Shown here: one piece after another, positions 24,939-35,239 of the stretch
Layout of the letters: each line of letters starts with the position of its first letter
Numbering within the stretch: the first letter of the stretch is position 1
NCBI RefSeq assembly: GCF_006345805.1
Contig: NW_021835484.1
Span: 1 to 39,060 of the forward strand
Direction of reading: 5' to 3'
Length of the DNA stretch: 39,060 nucleotides
From: Octopus sinensis
Lineage: Eukaryota
Program-made: the position numbers and the translations under genes
The notes under the pieces: generated by a model
What the model saw: the letters and a program-made list of their open reading frames with translations, nothing else
Database searches by the model: none
Told to the model about the DNA's origin: nothing

Positions 24939-25395
24939 ATTATTATTATCATTGCTTTGCACAGCTTCAAACGCCGGAGATGTACTGCAGTGTCATTTGT
25001 CAACTACCAGTGAACTAAGGTAACACCTCTTATTTTTCGAGTACCTTCCGGAGTATTCGAGCGGTTCCAAGCAGTGCTATTTTCTGCAAGTGCTCCATCA
25101 TTATTACAGCCCCTATTTGTTCCATGTACTTCTCGAGATTTGTACTCATTGTTCCCAGGTCTCCGACAATTACTGGTACTACTACCGCCTTTTTCATCGA
25201 TCACAACTACTTTCTTCCTTATCGCATACCTTGTTGTCAGCTGGGCATGCTATATCTATGACCCACCATAGTCTGCTTTCTCCTTCAATTAAGACTATGT
25301 CTGGCTTCCTATTCTCTATCGCATTGAATCATAAAATCCCACAGGATCTTTCCATCATCATTTTCGATGATGCCCTCGGGTTTGTGGTCGTATCA
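24939..25395 (-). mobile_element. 5'-truncated R4/Dong-like non-LTR retrotransposon 3' end
   Basis: Minus strand YDHKPEGIIENDDGKILWDF, then VVVPVIVGDLGTMSTNLEKYMEQIG...EHLQKIALLGTARILRKVLEK* (stop at 25030-25032), short UTR, (TAA)n tail. (TAA)n also lies at the 5' junction. Confidence 0.85.
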
Positions 25396-25419
25396 ATATT
25401 ATTATCATTATTATTATTA

Positions 25420-25975
25420 TTGAGTGAGAGAGCAGTGCATGCCATCAAAGTGACACTGGGGTAAAATATACGAAGCCCAGTAAAACCATCATGACTACCC
25501 GTCTGATAAGGGTACACTAGGCACATGCATCACAACCATATGTGCGCGACATGGTGATCTCACATCAAGGTAAACTGCACATGACCTTGCAGGTGAGGCC
25601 CAGTTAGAATTTTCTTCTGGTCGAGAAACCAATCCCGCTCAAAAGGTCCTTGAATAAGGGTTGTTTAAGGATGTTGAACAAAACACCCATGTTTCCAGAG
25701 GTGAGTTATTCAAACCCCAAATAATCCCTCTCAATACATAGCTATGATGCTCCCCCACTACTTCTGAACGTGATCAGAGATGCACGTATCGTCAGCCACT
25801 AAGGGACATTGTCAACTGGTTAAGGTCAAGCAACTGACAAGCAAATCTGTGGTATTGAGCAGAATATTTGCTGTAGCTTGTCTTTTATACCAAGACGAAA
25901 CAATGTACATGATAACACTTCCAATCAGTTAAGATCAGCAGCCATGAGAGCCACTACCTGGTATTGCATCAGGGC

Positions 25976-25977
<2 letters not shown>
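25420..25977 (-). mobile_element. About 560-bp non-coding interspersed element embedded in (TAA)n
   Basis: Complex sequence bounded on both sides by ATT repeats. I recall it as a recurrent octopus repeat, but there is only one copy here and the strand is tentative. Confidence 0.45.
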
Positions 25978-26044
<67 letters not shown>

Positions 26045-26058
26045 CATCATCATTATTA

Positions 26059-26100
<42 letters not shown>

Positions 26101-26359
26101 TATTATTATTATATTATTATTGTTATTATTATTATTATTGTTATTGTTATTGTTATCATTGTTATTGTTATTATTGTTATTGTTATTATTGTTATTGTTA
26201 TTATTGTTATTGTTATTATTATCATTATTATTATTATTATTATTGTTATTATTATTATTATTGTTATTGTTATTGTTATCATTGTTATTGTTATTATTGT
26301 TATTGTTATTATTGTTATTGTTATTATTATCATTATTATTATTATTATAATTATTATTA

Positions 26360-26400
<41 letters not shown>
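25978..26400. repeat. (ATT)n/(ATTGTT)n microsatellite with internal higher-order duplication
   Basis: The block ...gttattgttatcattgttattgttattattgtt... occurs twice, about 120 bp apart. Confidence 0.95.
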
Positions 26401-26402
<2 letters not shown>

Positions 26403-26403
<1 letters not shown>

Positions 26404-26612
26404 AGGCGGCGAGCTGGTAGAGCCGGGTAAGATGCTTAGCGGCTTTTCGTCTGTCTTCATGTGTTGGGAGTTTAAATTCTGCCGAGGTCGACTTTACTTT
26501 TTATCATTTCGGAGTCGATAAAATAAGTACTAGTTGAACACTGGGATCTATGTAATTGATTTAGATGCCTCCAAGCTCTGAAATTGCTGGTCCTTTGCCA
26601 AAAATTTTCAAT
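26403..26612 (+). mobile_element. SINE family A, diverged
   Basis: aaggcggcgagctggtagag...gatgcttagcggcttttcgtctg...gtcgataaaataagtac. Confidence 0.85.
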
Positions 26613-26681
26613 CAATATTATACTTAAGTATTTAGTCACGTAGTCAAGTACATTTATTTGTTTTTGTCATTTATTTTGAAG

Positions 26682-26781
26682 CTAATATTCTCACTTGGTG
26701 AACAGCTGCACTCCACAATAGCACACCGCTCATTTATCTCTCCCAAACAACAATATCAGATGCGTCATACCACAAAGAAAG
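26682..26781 (+). CDS. Candidate 100-nt exon (LIFSLGEQLHSTIAHRSFISPKQQYQMRHTTKK-G)
   Basis: T-rich acceptor ending ttattttgaag, donor AAG|gtaata. Only phase 0 is open. Ends in phase 1, compatible with exon 33995. Confidence 0.5.
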
Positions 26782-27590
26782 GTAATACCTTCATGACATT
26801 TTAGGGAAGCCGCTGGTTACATATATAATGTCATCTACAGATACATGATATAATCGACATTTTCGGTCACAGCTTGTGTATTTTATGGGCTTGACTGTTT
26901 CTTTTGTTCAACAGATATTTTATAGTTGTTTCCTGTTCTATTCAGTATATGACGTGATCTAACGGCCGCGAATACAAGAGAAGCTATATTTCTCTCGATA
27001 TTGGCAGCATAAACACGTATTCGAGAAACACAGCGAAGGCTAACCTTTGGTTGGCATACCGAAAATTTTTCTTCCATGTCTTTAAATCGACCCTGCAATT
27101 CTTAGGATACAAAGAACCTCAAACTGAAATCGAGTGTTTCTTGAGAAGTTCAATCCCGGCTCTTTAAGATACTGTTCTCTTCGTTTACAAACGCTCGGTT
27201 GATGCATTTCTTATTGTTGTTGCTGTTTACCTCGGTTCTCGAAGTTTGCTCTATAAAACCTTTGTGTGTTGTGTGACGGTACAATATAATTGTGCAATAG
27301 AGAGCTTTCTTTTATGACTGTTTTGCCAGTTGCTACCGAACGATTGTATTATATTCCAATACGTCATGTTTTTCATTTATTGTTGTCGTATGACTTTATA
27401 GCATAACTGCTGTGTTGTGTGATTAAGGTTTATGATTATCTTTAAATGTTGCTACTGTATCTCTTTACTTTGTAAAATCACTATATGGCCACGAGGCAAC
27501 GAGGGAACCACTATATGGTTGGTTGTTCGACCTGTTAGAAATAGCAGCCAAACGTCCTTCAAATTACAGTTTGCCGCTTTACAATGAAAA

Positions 27591-27918
27591 GGCGCAGGCG
27601 TGGCCGTGTGTTAGAGAAGCAGAGGGTCGGCGGGCCCTTTCTGCCTTCTCCCATCTTTATCATTTTTCATCATAATCAACCGCTTCATTAATGTCTATGT
27701 CTAGCCCGCAAGCTAGTCTTTGTAATGCCTTTATGGCAAATTTCTATGAAATAAAGTAGCTTGCTAACCAACCACATGGTTCCGGGTTCAGTCCCACTGC
27801 GTGTCACGCACCTTGGCAAAGTGTCTCCTACTATAGCCTCGGGCCAACCAAAGACTTGTGAGTGGATTTCGTAGACGGAAACTGAAAGAAACCCGTCGTA
27901 TATATGTATATGTATATA

Positions 27919-27982
<64 letters not shown>

Positions 27983-28197
27983 GTGTGTGTGTGTTTGTAT
28001 GCGTTTGTCCCCCCAACATCGCTTAACAACCGATGCTGGTGTGTTTACGTCCCCGTAAATTAGCGATTAGGCAAAAGAGACCGATAGAATAAGTACTAGG
28101 CTTACAAAGAATAAGTCCTGGGGTCGACTTGCTCGACTAAAATGTGGTGCTTCAGCATGGTCGCAGTCAAATGACTGAAACAAGTAAAAGAGTAAAG
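27591..28197 (+). mobile_element. SINE family D split by an insertion of about 140 bp after the head
   Basis: Head ggcgcaggcgtggccgtgtg at 27591-27610. The body resumes at aagtagcttgctaaccaacc (about 27754). Internal (TA)/(TG) is expanded to about 100 bp. Confidence 0.85.
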
Positions 28198-28603
28198 ATG
28201 TGCAATGGACAATGTGGAGCAAGATACAACTTTTGAAAAAAGGAAAGAAACGACGGTTTGGTTTTAACTGAAACACGTTTGATCATAAATTTGTTTGATC
28301 AGGATTAAGAATCTGTTTTTAAGCTGTATGACTACGTTGAATAACAACGCTAAATATTGTACTAAATAGTTATATAACTTATCTCTCCTACGCTGCGAGT
28401 CTTTGTGGCGCTATCGTATTTCTGTGATGTATTACAAGATTACGACAGTCTTATGTGTTTACACGCTGTGGTTAAATCGCGTGTATGAGCTGTACGGACA
28501 TGTTATACTGTTATACTGTACATACAGGCTGAGCTGTATGACTAAACTGTAAGTATTACCTGTGTTGTACCCAATAATTCATGTAAATACTCAAATATCA
28601 ATA

Positions 28604-29038
28604 AGGCAGCCAGCTGGCAGAAATGTTAGTAATCCGGGCGAAATGCTTAGCGGTATTTCGTCTGTCTTTACGTTTTGTGTTCAAATTCCGCCGAGGTCGA
28701 CTTTGCCTTTTATCCTTTCGGGGTCGAAAAATCAAGTACTTGTTACGCACTGGGGTCGATGTAATCGACTTAATCTCTTTGTCTGTCCTTGTTTGTCCCC
28801 TCTGTGTGTATCCCCTTGTGGGCAGTGAAGAAATAAGAAACGTTAGCACGCCGGGTGAAATGCTTAGCGGTATTTCGTCTGTCTTTACGTTCTGAGTTCA
28901 AATTCCGCCGAAGTCGACTTTGCCTTTCATCCTTTCAGGGTCGATAAATTAAACACCATTTGCGTACTGGGGGTCGATCTCATAGACTGGCCCCCTCCCC
29001 AAAAGTTTCGGGCCTTGTGCCTAGAGTAAAAAAGAATA
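28604..29038 (+). mobile_element. Dimeric family-A SINE (left monomer plus right monomer)
   Basis: Left 28604-28835, right 28836-29038 with the alternative tail ccccctccccaaaagtttcgggccttgtgcctagag. Confidence 0.92.
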
Positions 29039-29129
29039 CTCAAATAGCAACAAAACCAATCTTATATCTATTCTAAACCCTCAACTGTTTTAAGAGTAAT
29101 ATTATATAGTTATCGTAATCTCTACACAC

Positions 29130-29300
29130 TTTGCCTCCATTTTTTTTCATGCTCTCTCCGTTTCTTTTTTCTCTTAATCTTTTCTGCTAAAGAGCGTAAG
29201 CTCGAAACATAAAAGACTTTTCAATTCTTTCCGAGCGTTAAACTAATACACCTACTTGTTGTTCCCTATACTTTTCTTCGTTTTCTGTTTTCTGGAAATT
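29130..29300 (+). mobile_element. Penelope pLTR-like repeat with an inactivated minimal hammerhead
   Basis: tctttt-CTGCTAA-a-gagc-gtaa-gctc-GAAAC-ata-aaaga (about 29178-29216). The downstream ttctttcc.gagcgt...acttgtt is shared with 30790-31000. Confidence 0.6.
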
Positions 29301-29377
29301 CGAACTATATAGGTGTCGTAATCCCGATAACGTCGGAATTATAGAAGTGTTTAACGGTTAAACGTGTGTCTTAGTTA

Positions 29378-29459
29378 TGACGTACGCCCATTGTCAAGTC
29401 TCGTGACGTTCTCACGTGCACTGGATGTCTATAAAATGTGATTTGCAAACGTGACGTCA
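29378..29459. promoter_or_regulatory. Candidate CRE/E-box/TATA motif cluster
   Basis: TGACGTA 29378, TGACGT 29404, CACGTG 29413, TATAAAA 29430, TGACGTCA 29452. Confidence 0.35.
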
Positions 29460-29708
29460 TCTTCATTTATTTGTTCTTCTTAACGCCCTCTCTACTTCGC
29501 CCTTATTGTATCTACCACCCCCCCCTTGTCCCTCTTCATGTCTCTCTCTCTCCTCCACTTCTTCTCTCTCTCTTATTCCCTCTCTCCTTTTTCTCTCTGC
29601 TTTTCTTCCCTCCGTTGTCTTCAGAGGGAGCATGCATATCTAGAGAAATTTCGGGCCTTGTGCCTAGAGTACGCACTGGGGTCGATATAATCGACTTAAT
29701 CTCTTAAT

Positions 29709-29925
29709 CGCTTTCCTATTTGTTTCTTTCGTTGTTCGCAAAAAAAGTTCGTTTTCCGTGTTTTTGTATTTCATGTTCTCGTTTTTCATGTTGTTCACGT
29801 TTTCTGACGTCCTGTACCCACATATGCATATGTATATGTATAAACATATATATGTAAGTATGTACATGTATGCAAGTATATACGAACTTTTTTTGCGAAC
29901 AACGAAAGAAACAAATAGGAAAGCG
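29709..29925. repeat. Perfect 44-bp inverted repeat with a 129-bp spacer
   Basis: 29709-29752 is the exact reverse complement of 29882-29925. Confidence 0.9.
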
Positions 29926-29955
29926 GGACAGGCAACATAAACAACAATCCCTTCA

Positions 29956-29992
<37 letters not shown>

Positions 29993-30046
29993 ATATACCA
30001 CCGAAACTAGGTAAATAAAACCATCGAACAGAGATTGTCGGAAGCG

Positions 30047-30124
30047 ACACCTACTGGCTGGCTACGCTGCATTGAAAAGGGGCAATACCCCGAAACGCGT
30101 CTGTAGCTGCCGGTCAAGTAGTGT
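30047..30124 (+). ncRNA. Type I hammerhead ribozyme with extended stem I (U3-A8 core variant)
   Basis: Stem I gctgca/tgtagc, UAC bulge opposite U, then tggctggc/gccggtca and ctac/gtag. Core TTGAAAA, stem II GGGG-caata-CCCC, GAAA, palindromic ACGCGT stem III, GUC site (cleavage after 30101). Confidence 0.8.
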
Positions 30125-30343
30125 GGAGCGACTGACCTCCCTTGTTCGAAGGTTATATGGATACAGTTTGTGTATCAAATAGCTAACTTAAGGCGATGGC
30201 CTCATGGAGCTAATAAGCGGACAGCTTTTTTCTTAATTTTATAAGAATGCCATATTAGTATGGCGATAACTATTATTTTCCGGGAACGCTGCCGCTGTTC
30301 TCTTTTAGAGAGACTTAGTTATTTTAATATTTCTATTATATAA

Positions 30344-30404
<61 letters not shown>

Positions 30405-30506
30405 GAAACTAAGGAAAATAATTATCTCAAACGGGTGTGCGAAATATCCAGTTCACTGGTGTACGTCAGTTGGAAACCACATAAATGTGGCTATGATACA
30501 AATTAC

Positions 30507-30755
30507 AAAGATAAAATTAAATAGAGAGATACAACTGATATAACATAATACAAGATAACATAGACAATCAGTAAAACAACAAAACGCCGACAATTTGTTT
30601 CGACTTATTGACATTTTGATGTTTTAATAACTGTTTATGTTATCTTATATTACGTTATATTATATTCAATATATTCAATAGTATATTATCTTATATCATA
30701 TTATAATATAAATAAATTATCGTATTGTCAATTGTATCTACTTAATTTTATCTTT
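30507..30755 (-). repeat. AT-rich nested foldback element with a degenerate hammerhead-like centre
   Basis: Outer arms about 30507-30545/30722-30755, inner arms about 30538-30590/30619-30661. Minus-strand GAAACaaattGTC in the loop. Confidence 0.55.
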
Positions 30756-30789
30756 ATATATATATATATATATATATACTTTTCAAAAT

Positions 30790-31026
30790 GTGACCGCGTG
30801 TGTACCGTTGGCGATTTTTTTTCTTCCGTTTTCCCTTCTTTGAATCTTTCCTTTTCCTGTGTTTCTGACGAAGAGCTCCGCTCGAAACGTTAAACCCTCC
30901 TTCTTTCCTTCTTTCCTGAGCGTCCAATAATACTATACTTGTTCCACGTCCTCGCGGTTGTTGTGTTTTCTCTTTGTGTTTTCATGTTTGGATTAACTTC
31001 ATATATATATATATAATATATATATA

Positions 31027-31058
<32 letters not shown>

Positions 31059-31240
31059 GAATGTATGCAACTACACAACAATGTAACAATGTAACTACGC
31101 ACGCGCTGTTGGCGATTTCTTTATTTATTTCTTTTCCTTCTTTGGACTCTTCCTTTCTCCTTCCTGACGAAGAGCAATGCCTGAAACGTCAAACACTCTC
31201 TCCTTTCACCGCCCCATCAAATCGACGTTGTCCGAACAGG
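30790..31240 (+). mobile_element. Two tandem Penelope pLTR-like units separated by (TA)n
   Basis: Both start with gttggcgatt, followed by a pyrimidine tract and a CTGACGAAGAGC...GAAACGT motif. The cores are at 30865 and 31164. Confidence 0.7.
30861..30895 (+). ncRNA. Minimal type I hammerhead motif (Penelope type)
   Basis: gttt-CTGACGA-A-GAGC-tcc-GCTC-GAAA-CG-TT-aaac. Intact core, palindromic ACGT stem III, GUU site. Confidence 0.65.
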
Positions 31241-31264
31241 TGCAACGTGTGTATGCCATGCCGC

Positions 31265-31410
31265 GCGTCAGGTGTCGGAGTGATCGCAGAACAATGTGAG
31301 ATGAAGTGCCTTGCGTAAGAACACGAAGCACCACCCGGTTTAGGAATTGAAACCACGACCGCTAGATCATTAGATCATGGATGTAACACCCTAACTACTA
31401 GGCCATGCGC
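31265..31410 (-). mobile_element. SINE family B head (reverse)
   Basis: gtgagatgaagtg...gaacac...ggaattgaaaccacga...aaccctaactactaggccatgcgcc. Confidence 0.75.
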
Positions 31411-31445
<35 letters not shown>

Positions 31446-31699
31446 CGCGCGCGCACGCACACACACACACACACGCACACACACACACACACACACATGC
31501 GCGCGCGCACGCACACACACACGCACACACACCTCGCACGCACGCGCACACATATATCATTTAAAACAGCCCGATTCAGTTCCATCTAATCGATAAAAAA
31601 GAGTACAGTTCACCGTACCCTCTTTATCGATTTTTTCTACATAAGTTTTGCCGATAGAAACAACATCCAGCCTCATTGGAGTCTGTTGGATCATATACT

Positions 31700-32108
31700 C
31701 TTTTACTCTTTTACTTGTTTCAGTCATTTGACTGTGGCCATGCTGAAGCACCGCCTTTTAGTCGAGCAAATCGACCCCAGGACTTATTCTTTGTAAGCCT
31801 AGAACTTATTCTATCGGCCTCTTTTGCAGAACCGCTAAGTCACAGGGACGTAAACACGCCACCATCGGTTGTCAATCAATGTTGGGGGGACAAACACAGA
31901 CACACAAACATATACACACATATACATATATGTATACATATATACGACAGGCTTCTTTCAGTTTCCGTCTACTAAATCCACTCACAAGGCTTTGGTCGAC
32001 CCGAGGCTATAGTAGAAGACACTGGCCCAAGGTGCCAGCCAGTGGGACTGAACCTGGAACCATGTGGTTGGTAAGCAAGCTACTTGCCACACAGCCACTC
32101 CTGTGCCT
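31700..32108 (-). mobile_element. SINE family D (reverse). A partial further copy is at about 32290-32400.
   Basis: Reverse complement of 21744-22127. Confidence 0.9.
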
Positions 32109-33199
32109 ATACCTTCTCACCACACAGCCACACACACACACACACAGGCGCACGCACACACGCGCACACACACACACACGCACACACAAACACACACATA
32201 TACACATAGATGTGTGTGCGTGTGTGTGTGTGTATGAGTGTTTGTGTGTGTGTGTGTGTGTGCGTGTGTGTGTCTTTGTGTTTGCGTTCGTTTCCCCATG
32301 CCAGCGCTTGGCAACCAGTGTTGGCTTGTTTAAGTCCCCGTAACTTAACGGCTCAGCAAAAGAGAATGACAGAATATGAGAATGAGTAAGGTGACTTAAG
32401 AAAAACAAAAGCAAGTACGGGGAGGGTGGAGGGTGAGGTGGTGCGGTGCGGGATTGGGAATGGGCCGATTAGTTCGACTGAAACCCGTTCAAGGCGTTGC
32501 ACCAGTTTGGGCCGCAATCCAATGACTGAAGCCAGTAAAAGAAGATAAAAGAAAGATAATGATCAATAACTCGCACCAGTGAATAATCGATATGATTTTT
32601 ATAAGCTGATCTTCTTCCATTCTCCCCTCCGCCCGACTTCATTAAACGGAGGAAAACAAAAGGTAAGGGTTTTACTTTCCCCGTAATTATGGTAATTTTT
32701 CCCATCCTCTTAAATTAATACAGGGAGAGTCGAATGTATGTAAGCATGATAGAAGAGTGTTGAAGGAGAGGAATTAATTGAGGAGGACGGGGATTTTCTT
32801 GCCGCGGCGGGGGGGGGGGGGGGGGTGCTGGATCTGTGTGATTCTTCCTTAGTGCTGGTACGCGGTATGCTAAAAGACCAGTGTAATATGTGGGTGGTGG
32901 AGGAAGAAAGGAGAGAGGGAGACGAGAAGGGATTGTTGGAAGGATTGATGGGGTTGGGGAGGAGTATTTGGAATCTATACCATTCCTTCGTAATCGGCGT
33001 GCTTCAAGGAATAAGGAGAGGAAGGAGGAAAAGAAGAAGAATTAGAAGAGGAAGTAAAAGAAGAAGAAGAAGAAGAAGAAAGAGGGGGGAGGAGAAGAAG
33101 GAGAAATAAGGGCGATGTCTGCCCTCTAATTCCAAATATATTCTTCTATAAATCAATACAAAGAATTGCAAAGATCTATATGATTTCACTTTGCCGCGG

Positions 33200-33208
33200 T
33201 ATATAGGA

Positions 33209-33291
<83 letters not shown>

Positions 33292-33420
33292 AATGGCGGG
33301 GAGGCAATGCCTGGTCTCTAATTCTGAATATATTTCTCTATAAATCAATGTTGAAGGGAATATAAACGCATATGCACAATTTATATCTATATATATATAT
33401 ATTTATATATATATATATAG

Positions 33421-33452
<32 letters not shown>

Positions 33453-33736
33453 ATAAACATACATATATACATACACATACATAATACATACATACATGCA
33501 TCACGCATACATCATATATGTATATATAGATATATATATATATATATGCGTACATAAATGCATGCATACATACATATATGTATGTAAATAAATATATATA
33601 TAATATACATACGTACATACATGCATGCATACATACATACATACATACATACATACATACATACATACATAAATATATGTATGTATGTCTATATATATAT
33701 ATATATATATACAAACATGCATGCATACATGCATAC

Positions 33737-33783
<47 letters not shown>

Positions 33784-33870
33784 CGTACATACATGCATAC
33801 ATTTGTGTGTGTATGTATGTATATATATATATATATATATATATGTAAATGTTTTCGTATGCGTATGCCT
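33200..33870. repeat. (GA)n, (TA)n and (CATA)n blocks
   Basis: Direct reading. Confidence 0.93.
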
Positions 33871-33994
33871 ATTTATGTGTGTGTTTATGGCTATATTTAT
33901 ATGCGGCGCGTGTTTCTGTGGACGTATGTGGAATATTGCAAATGTCAGCTTGACACAAGAACTCCTCCTGTTATTCTCTTTCCCCTTTTCACAG

Positions 33995-34098
33995 GGAATG
34001 CCATTAACGGCATCTGCCTTCGTTCTATCGACACAATCTACAGCAGTGTTAATAAATTGGTCATCGATATTTTCACAGAACCCTTTCAACCGTCAAAA
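33995..34098 (+). CDS. Candidate 104-nt exon ([35 protein letters not shown])
   Basis: Very strong acceptor ctgttattctctttccccttttcacag, donor AAA|gtaggg. Phase 1 to 0. Complex-sequence island between microsatellites. The phase-0 frame is also open, so the frame is not certain. Confidence 0.5.
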
Positions 34099-34119
34099 GT
34101 AGGGTTTCTTAATAGAGAA

Positions 34120-34407
34120 AATTGATGTTTAGCAAAGAGCGGGGAGAGAAAGTGGCGGGAGAGAGCGACAGCGAGAGATAAGGAGAGATAGAAAGAGAGA
34201 TAGAGAGTGAGAGAGAATGAGTGAGAGCGTGTGGGTGAGTGAGAGAGAGAGAGAGAGAGTGTGTGTGTATGTGTGTGAGAGAGAGAGAGGGAAAAAGACC
34301 AAGAGAAAGAAAAGGAAAGAAAAGATTAGTGGGCGAAGATAAAAAGGGGAGTAAAAACGAAACTAAATGATGCGTCTGCGTTAGAAAATGCTTCTGTTTG
34401 TACGTGT

Positions 34408-34442
<35 letters not shown>

Positions 34443-34614
34443 GAGAGAGAGAGAGAGGAAGGGGGAGAGAGGGAGAGAGGGAGAGATAAGGAGAGAAAAT
34501 GAAAGAAGAGAGTGAGAACGAAGGAGAAAATGTCCAAGTATGTTTATGTGTATTTGCTTACGGGTTTACTTTTCCGTGTTCGTGGGTGTTATGTAGGCGA
34601 AAAAGGAGCCTTTG

Positions 34615-34645
<31 letters not shown>

Positions 34646-35208
34646 TTTGTGTGTGTTTGTGTGTGTGTGTGTATGTGTGTGTTGTGTGTGTGTGTGTGTG
34701 TAGTGTGTGGTTGTGTGTGTTTGTGTGGTGTGTGTATGTGGGTGTTTGGTGTGTGTTTGTGTTGTGTGTGTGTGTATGTGTGTGTTTGTGTGTGTTTGTG
34801 GTGTGTGTGTGGTATGTGTGTGTTTGTGTGGTGGTGTGTGTTTGTGTGTGGTTTGTGTGGGTGTGTGTGTGTGTGTATGTGTGTTTGTGTGTGTTTTTGT
34901 GTGTGTGTGTATGTGTATGTTTGTGTGTGTTGGTGTGTTGTGTGTGTATGGGTTTGTGTGTGTTGTGTGTGTGGTGTGTGTGTGTGTATGTGTGTGTTTG
35001 TGGGTGTTGTGTGTGTGTGTGTATGTTGGTGTTGTGTGTGTGTGGTGTGTGTATATGTGTGGGTTTGTGTGTGTTTGTGTGTGTGTGTGTGTGTATGTGT
35101 GTGTTTGTGTGTGTTTGGTGTGGTGTGGTGTGTGTGTGTTTGTGTGTGTTTGTGTGTGTGTGTGTATGTGTGTGTTTGTGTGTGTTGTGTGTGTGTGTGT
35201 GTGTATGT

Positions 35209-35239
<31 letters not shown>

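Noticed and set aside
27045-27077. Minus-strand ATG exon MEEKFSVCQPK|gttagc in a CpG-richer patch
   Set aside because: Eleven codons with no supportable downstream exon, which is expected by chance.
33110-33370. Diverged direct repeat ctctaattc..aatatat....ctataaatcaat flanking a (GA)n
   Set aside because: Probably a local duplication in low-complexity DNA, with no functional signature.
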